A stretch of DNA of 64,000 nucleotides from Bacteroidales bacterium (GTDB taxonomy: Bacteria > Bacteroidota > Bacteroidia > Bacteroidales > UBA932): positions 492 to 64,491 of the forward strand of contig JAFZIO010000053.1 in assembly GCA_017554335.1 (NCBI GenBank), given 5' to 3'. Below are positions 58,497 to 64,000 of this stretch, piece after piece. The notes under the pieces were generated by a model. The model searched no databases. It was given only the letters and a program-made list of their open reading frames with translations, and was not told where the DNA came from. A program made the translations under genes and the position numbers. Every line of letters begins with the position of its first letter. The stretch's first letter is position 1.

Positions 58497-59963
58497 ATGA
58501 TAAAACACAAGAGACTTTATATGCTCGCCGCCATCGCCCTGATGGTGCTGTCGTGCGGGCATAATGAAAAGAAAGAGGCCCGGGAATTGCACTCGGAGGC
58601 CGACCTGAGCGGGCTTACCGTAAGCACGACAGCAGGTAATTTCTTCGACAACAAGTATTCCGGCCGAGAAGACATAACCATGTTCCTGGTGAACACGGAA
58701 GCTGACGGCATTCAGGCTCTCCGCCAGGGCATCGCCGATGTTCACGTGACGGATGAGGTGGCTTTCACGCCGGAGATGCGCAAGCAACTTGGAATCAAGA
58801 AGGCCTTCCGCGGAGAGGAAAGCTTTGACGTGGCCTTTGCCGTGAAGAAAGGGGACGACGACCTTCGGGAACAGCTGAACCAATTCATCCGTGAATCCAA
58901 GGCCGACGGCAGTCTGGACGCAATAATAGCCCATTGGCTGGATGATGCTCCCGCTCCTGCTCCTGAGGCTGCAACGCAAGAAGGAGTGCAGTCGTCCGAT
59001 GCTGCTCCGCTTCGATGCGTCACGGGCATGAGCATGGCACCCGTCTGTTTTATAGGAGAAGGCGGTGAGTGGATGGGCATGGATGCCGATATCCTTCAGC
59101 GTTTCGCCGCCAGGAACGGCCGCCGCTTCGAAATGAAGTTCCAGGACCTCGGGGCGGCTATGATTGCCCTGAGCACCGGACAGTGCGATGTGGTATGCGC
59201 CTGCCTGTATATAACGGAGGAACGGAAGAAATCCGTTGATTTTACGGATCCCTATTACTTCTGCCGGGCAGGATATTTTGTAATAGATAACGAAGCTGCT
59301 TCAGGAACGGGCTTTGGAGAAAGGCTCAAGAGGAACCTGGTGACGGAGAAAAGGTGGAAACTGATTACTGACGGTCTATGGGAGACGCTGATCATCACGG
59401 TATTCGCCATACTGCTGGGAACCGTTCTGGGTGCCGGAGTGTGCGCCATGCTGCGCAGCCGGCGCAAATGGCTCCGGCAGGCAGCAGACTTATATGGAGC
59501 GTTCATACAGGGCATCCCCACGCTGGTGCTGCTCCTTATCATGTTCTACGTTGTTCTTGCCGGCGCAGGCATTTCCGGAACCGTTGTCGCCATTATTACG
59601 TTTGCACTGTGTTTTGCCTGGTCTTCGGGCAGCATTTTCTCTTCCGCCATCGCTTCTGTTCCAAAGGGGCAGACGGAAGCCGGACTCAGCCTTGGGCTCA
59701 CGCCGGTAAAAACTTTCACCGGCATAGTATTCCCCCAGGCTCTTCAAAGAGCCCTGCCGCTATACACAGGAGAGTGCGTGTCACTACTCAAGAGCACATC
59801 AATCGTGGGCTATATCGCTATCATGGACCTCACCCGTGCCAGCGATCTCATCCGCAGCCGCACCTTCGACGCCCTGATTCCCCTTATGTTCATTACCATA
59901 GCCTACTTTGTCCTGGCATGGCTCATCCGTCGTCTGTTTAAACTCTTCCTCAAGAAAAAATGA
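58497..59963 (+). CDS. Amino-acid ABC transporter, fused substrate-binding and permease
   Basis: SBP_bac_3-like regions (ITEERKKSVDFTDPY) and HisM-type permease (GIPTLV, GQTEAGLSLG, LLKSTSIVG). Confidence 0.88.
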   Translation: MIKHKRLYMLAAIALMVLSCGHNEKKEARELHSEADLSGLTVSTTAGNFFDNKYSGREDITMFLVNTEADGIQALRQGIADVHVTDEVAFTPEMRKQLGIKKAFRGEESFDVAFAVKKGDDDLREQLNQFIRESKADGSLDAIIAHWLDDAPAPAPEAATQEGVQSSDAAPLRCVTGMSMAPVCFIGEGGEWMGMDADILQRFAARNGRRFEMKFQDLGAAMIALSTGQCDVVCACLYITEERKKSVDFTDPYYFCRAGYFVIDNEAASGTGFGERLKRNLVTEKRWKLITDGLWETLIITVFAILLGTVLGAGVCAMLRSRRKWLRQAADLYGAFIQGIPTLVLLLIMFYVVLAGAGISGTVVAIITFALCFAWSSGSIFSSAIASVPKGQTEAGLSLGLTPVKTFTGIVFPQALQRALPLYTGECVSLLKSTSIVGYIAIMDLTRASDLIRSRTFDALIPLMFITIAYFVLAWLIRRLFKLFLKKK

Positions 59964-61036
59964 TAAGCATTAAACATTTAAGCAAGACTTTCCACAATCC
60001 GGACGGCAGTGTACTCACTGTGCTCAAGGATGTAAACTGTGACATCGAAAAGGGAGAGGTAATCAGCATCATAGGCCCTTCCGGGACCGGCAAGAGTACG
60101 CTCCTGAGGGCCCTCAACATGCTTGAGCCCCCCACCGGCGGCGAAATTTGGCTGGACGGGGAGAACATAATGTCCAAGGGTTACAAACTGGACAAGATGC
60201 GCCAGAAGATGGGTATGGTTTTCCAGAGCTTCAACCTGTTTGAGCATATGACAGTGCTCCAGAACATCACCTATGTGCCTGTACAACTGCACAAGATGAG
60301 TGAAGAACAAGCCAGGACCGAGGCCATGGATCTGCTGCAGAAAGTGGGTCTGGCCCAGAAGGCGGACGTTTATCCGGAATCCCTTTCCGGCGGACAGAAG
60401 CAGCGCGTTGCCATCGCACGGGCCCTTGCCATGCACCCCGAGGTTATTCTGTTCGACGAGCCCACATCGGCCCTTGACCCTACCATGGTAGGCGAGGTTC
60501 TCAGTGTAATCCGCAAACTCGCGAGTGAGGGCATGACCATGCTCATCGTCACTCACGAAATGCGTTTTGCCAGAGACGTGAGCACCAGAATTTTCTTTAT
60601 GAACGAAGGCATCATCTATGAAGACGGCTCTCCGAAACAGATCTTCGAGCACCCGGTAAGAAGTGCCACCAAAGCCTTTGTGAACCGCATCCAGAAGCTG
60701 GTGTACGAGATTGACAGTGACCAGTTTGACTATCTCCAAATTCATACCGGAGTTAATCAGTTCTGCATCAAATACAACCTCGCAGATCTGACCGACGCAG
60801 CCTATTCCATCATCAAGGAAATGCTCTTTGAACACCTGAAAGGCATACGTCCGATGACTCTCCGCCTTACACATGCCGAGCTGTCCGGAGAAACCGCCCT
60901 GGACTTTATGGTAGAAGGCCTTACGCAGTCTCCGCTACCCAGGAATGAAGCAGTAGAGAGCCTGCGCTCACGCGTGAAAAGCATTGTAGAAGAGCCAACC
61001 ACCAGAGGATTCCGTGTGAAAATAATCCTCCGGTGA
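59960..61036 (+). CDS. Amino-acid ABC transporter ATP-binding protein with C-terminal extension
   Basis: GPSGTGKS, LSGGQKQR, FDEPTSALD. Confidence 0.92.
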   Translation: MISIKHLSKTFHNPDGSVLTVLKDVNCDIEKGEVISIIGPSGTGKSTLLRALNMLEPPTGGEIWLDGENIMSKGYKLDKMRQKMGMVFQSFNLFEHMTVLQNITYVPVQLHKMSEEQARTEAMDLLQKVGLAQKADVYPESLSGGQKQRVAIARALAMHPEVILFDEPTSALDPTMVGEVLSVIRKLASEGMTMLIVTHEMRFARDVSTRIFFMNEGIIYEDGSPKQIFEHPVRSATKAFVNRIQKLVYEIDSDQFDYLQIHTGVNQFCIKYNLADLTDAAYSIIKEMLFEHLKGIRPMTLRLTHAELSGETALDFMVEGLTQSPLPRNEAVESLRSRVKSIVEEPTTRGFRVKIILR

Positions 61037-61051
61037 TTGTAAGCAGCGGGC

Positions 61052-63559
61052 TTAAAGCAGCGTGTCTTTAAAATAGTCGGCCAGGATAGACAGGGAAGGC
61101 TCCGTGCACCAGAAATTGGGATGGTCGGAAGGCAGCATGCTGATGTAGCAGTCCGGATAGTGCTTTTCCCATCTTTCGCGGGCCGTGTCGAAGGCGTGGC
61201 GCAAGGCGCAGGCCTTGACTTCGGTCCAATCGGGGTCGAACCAGGCCTCGTAAGCAACATAATCCCGGGAGAGGAAGACGGAAAGCTTTCCTTCATAGTG
61301 GAAATCAGGGTAGGTTTCCATCACCGTGAAATCGTTGTCGATGCGCACGGCGTTCTCCTCCTCCGTAAGGAAATCGAAGTGCAGGTGGCCATTGGTCTCG
61401 CGACGGGTGTCACGGTCTATCTCTCCGTCCATGACCACGACATGCGGCTTTTCCGCCTTGTCGGCATAGAGCTGCTGGGCAAGCAGCAGCGCCTGCTCTC
61501 CACCCAGGCAGATGCCCGTGATGCAGCAGATCTTGTGCTTGGCGACAACCGGAGCCACCATCTCCCGATAGATGGCCATCAGTTCCTCCAGGTCATTCAG
61601 CCTCCTGCCGTCCAGAATGGCGTGATAATAATCCACCACATAGATGGAGAACTTGTCGGCCAGCCGCTCGGCCAGCTGCGTGTACATGTTGCCAAATGAA
61701 GTATAACCGCAGATGACGATGATGACAGGCTTCGTGGTGTCATCGCCGTCGTTATACCAATAATTCAGACGGGCATCCCGGTGCTTCATGATTTCGTGGA
61801 TGGTGCGATGCTGGTACATCTCGAGAGCCGATACCTGCATGCCCATGCGGTTCAGGTCCACGGAGACCTGCATGGTCTGGATAGAGGAGAGGCCGTATAC
61901 TTCGAACAGGTCTTCATGGATGGAGATATTGTCGAACCCCATCACCCTGCACATCTCCTGCTTCAGGATTCTTTCGTCGTTGGTCAGGGCCTCGTCGTCG
62001 TCCACCTCGATGTAGCTGAAAGGCTTGTTTACAAGCTTCTTTCCGTCAATCTTCCCGTTGATTGTGGTAGGGAATGCCGGAAGGAAATTCCACATGGTGG
62101 GAATCATGTAGTCGGGAAGTTCAACGCGGATCTGCTTCTTGATCTTGTCAATGGTATCGATGATAGCCTTGTTGGACTTACATACCTCCGGGTCCATGGG
62201 CAGGATATAGGCCACGATGTTTTTGCTGAAGCCGGCCTCTTCAACCCGGAGAAAGACCCCGCGTACCTCCTTGCATCTCTCAAGCTGGACTTGGATCTCG
62301 CCCAGCTCGATGCGGTGACTGGCTATTTTCACCTGTGAATCACTTCTGCCAATGGATACGCAGCTTCCATCTTCACAAAGCCGTACAATGTCTCCGGAAC
62401 GATAGAGCCTGGGCGCTTTATCCCGCGTATCGGCAAAGGGATTGTCAATCAATTTTTCCTTGTTGAGTTCGGGCCTGTTCAGGTATCCGTTAAACACCTG
62501 CGGGCCGCCCATGAGAAGTTCTCCCTCTTCACCGGGGCGTACAGGCTGCATCTTTTCGTCCACCACCACGTAGGTGAAATAATGTGAAGCCCGCCCGAAA
62601 TTGCGGTACATGTCGACGCTCGTAATGTCCTGAATGGAAGAAATCGGCGTGCATTCGGCCGGTCCGTAGCAGTTGATGAAGCGGTAGGGATGATTAATGG
62701 CGCGTTCCGCAAGCGAGCGGGGCATGGGTTCACCGCCCGTGCAGGCAGCCTCCATGGCGGTGAAATTGAACTCCGTAAAGAGGTTGAACACCGCTGGCGG
62801 CAGGAACATATAGGTCACTTTCCGCTCGTTGATGATATTGTACACCTTCTTTATATCCTTCCTTTCCTCTTCGTTGACCACGACGAGCGCCGCACCGTTG
62901 AACAGGGCATTGTAGAGCTCGATGATGGAGACATCGAAGTTGACGCTTGTATAGTGCAGGACGACGGAGTCTCGATGGAAACGGAAACTGTCTTCGCGTG
63001 TACAGGTAATCAGGAAGTAATATACATTGGTATAATTGAGCAGCGCGCCCTTGGGCCTTCCGGTCGTCCCCGAAGTATAGATGATATAAGCTTCGTCAGC
63101 GTCCGTCGCGTAGTCGGCGTTGGTTTCCCGGGTCTCTTTCTGCAGGATCTCTTCGACGGTCAGGGTCGGAAATCCCTGGGGCACCAGATCCTTGACCGCT
63201 TCCTCGGTCAGGAAGAAAGCCAGCGAGGCGTCTTCGGCAATGAAGGCGACCCGTTCGACCGGGTTTTCCGTATCGATGGGCACGTAGGTGCAGCCCAACT
63301 TGATGATGCTGAGGAGTGAAGCTTCCAAATATTCGTTGCGGCGGACAAAGACACCGACACGGACGGGCTTGCCCTTTTCCCAGTTGTTCTGAGTGAGGAA
63401 ATCATGGATTCCCGATGCGAACTGGTCCGTCAGCCGGAACAGGTCCCGGTAGGAAAGGCATTTCTCCCCCACATAAACGGCTGCCTTGTCGGGCACCTGC
63501 TCTACGCTTTCCCTGATATGGTTCCAGACATCGAGATGATGATAGGTTTGGTAATTCAT
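61052..63559 (-). CDS. Stand-alone NRPS-like protein (adenylation, carrier, thioesterase)
   Basis: YTSGTTGRPKG, YGPAE, YRSGD, GRSDSQVKI, NGKID; carrier GLSS; thioesterase-like GICLGG...D...H. Confidence 0.88.
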   Translation of the reverse strand: MNYQTYHHLDVWNHIRESVEQVPDKAAVYVGEKCLSYRDLFRLTDQFASGIHDFLTQNNWEKGKPVRVGVFVRRNEYLEASLLSIIKLGCTYVPIDTENPVERVAFIAEDASLAFFLTEEAVKDLVPQGFPTLTVEEILQKETRETNADYATDADEAYIIYTSGTTGRPKGALLNYTNVYYFLITCTREDSFRFHRDSVVLHYTSVNFDVSIIELYNALFNGAALVVVNEEERKDIKKVYNIINERKVTYMFLPPAVFNLFTEFNFTAMEAACTGGEPMPRSLAERAINHPYRFINCYGPAECTPISSIQDITSVDMYRNFGRASHYFTYVVVDEKMQPVRPGEEGELLMGGPQVFNGYLNRPELNKEKLIDNPFADTRDKAPRLYRSGDIVRLCEDGSCVSIGRSDSQVKIASHRIELGEIQVQLERCKEVRGVFLRVEEAGFSKNIVAYILPMDPEVCKSNKAIIDTIDKIKKQIRVELPDYMIPTMWNFLPAFPTTINGKIDGKKLVNKPFSYIEVDDDEALTNDERILKQEMCRVMGFDNISIHEDLFEVYGLSSIQTMQVSVDLNRMGMQVSALEMYQHRTIHEIMKHRDARLNYWYNDGDDTTKPVIIVICGYTSFGNMYTQLAERLADKFSIYVVDYYHAILDGRRLNDLEELMAIYREMVAPVVAKHKICCITGICLGGEQALLLAQQLYADKAEKPHVVVMDGEIDRDTRRETNGHLHFDFLTEEENAVRIDNDFTVMETYPDFHYEGKLSVFLSRDYVAYEAWFDPDWTEVKACALRHAFDTARERWEKHYPDCYISMLPSDHPNFWCTEPSLSILADYFKDTLL

Positions 63560-63574
63560 ATTGTGAATATAGCT

Positions 63575-64000
63575 TTAGAACTTGTAGGAAACTTCCGCCA
63601 GCAGCCAGCGTCCCTGCTGACGGATGAAGCCGGTGGAGACACCGCCTTGTTCGTACTTTGTATTGAGGAGGTTGTGGCAGTTGATGCCTACGCCGAACTT
63701 CTTGTAGTTATAGTTGACACCCAGGTCCACGATGACGCGGCCGGGGAGTTCATGCTCCGTGACTTGATTGGTGAAAAAGTTGGTAGTCTGTGAGTACTGA
63801 CGGCCGAAACCATGCAGGTGGGTATGAACCTTCAGGCCCTTAAGCACTTCATATTGAATGACTACGTTTGACGTGAAGGCAGGGATGTTGGCCATGTTGT
63901 GGCCCATCGCGTACTGATAGAATTCGGCGTCGATAACCCGCTGCCAAGTCATGTTGGCTTCCGCCTGGAACTTTTTCCCCGTATAATGGAGGGAGAGTTC
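63575..64000 (-). CDS. TonB-dependent receptor, C-terminal fragment (truncated by window)
   Basis: NCHNLLNTKY...GRWLLAEVSYKF terminal motif. Confidence 0.8.
   Translation of the reverse strand, partial: ELSLHYTGKKFQAEANMTWQRVIDAEFYQYAMGHNMANIPAFTSNVVIQYEVLKGLKVHTHLHGFGRQYSQTTNFFTNQVTEHELPGRVIVDLGVNYNYKKFGVGINCHNLLNTKYEQGGVSTGFIRQQGRWLLAEVSYKF

Overview
Chromosomal window from a GC-rich Bacteroidales bacterium, judged from TAnnTTTG -7 promoter boxes and Bacteroidetes-type aspS, clpP and mutS2. Bases 1-22.9 kb are housekeeping genes (EF-G paralog end, aspS, murA, dapAB, thrA-like, murB, dacA, mutS2, manC, pepP, fabG, comF, esterases). A tRNA-Ser(GCT) at 22923 is an integration hot spot. A ~7.3 kb element (22996-30338, 17-bp att repeats, arm-type repeats) carries two tyrosine recombinases, an excisionase-like HTH, an XRE regulator, a probable rolling-circle Rep and a BspA-type LRR protein. 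Two more degenerate tRNA 3'-end copies follow, then an accessory region (~30.8-49 kb). Its core is the best candidate for an undescribed system: two divergent operons, each starting with a paralogous DUF6939/NADAR-like protein fused to a PcrA/UvrD-type Tudor domain, around a palindromic operator. The left arm adds an unknown-domain/LRR protein, an AAA+ ATPase and a ClpP paralog. The right arm adds a WYL regulator, a bacterial PARG, glycosylase-like and methyltransferase-like proteins, followed by a broken MNT-HEPN pair. The rest holds lipoproteins and outer-membrane proteins, BlaI/BlaR1-TonB, a Gre paralog, a PAP2-VanX fusion, an amino-acid ABC transporter and a stand-alone A-T-TE NRPS behind a TonB-dependent receptor. 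All family calls come from motif recognition by eye; no searches were run.
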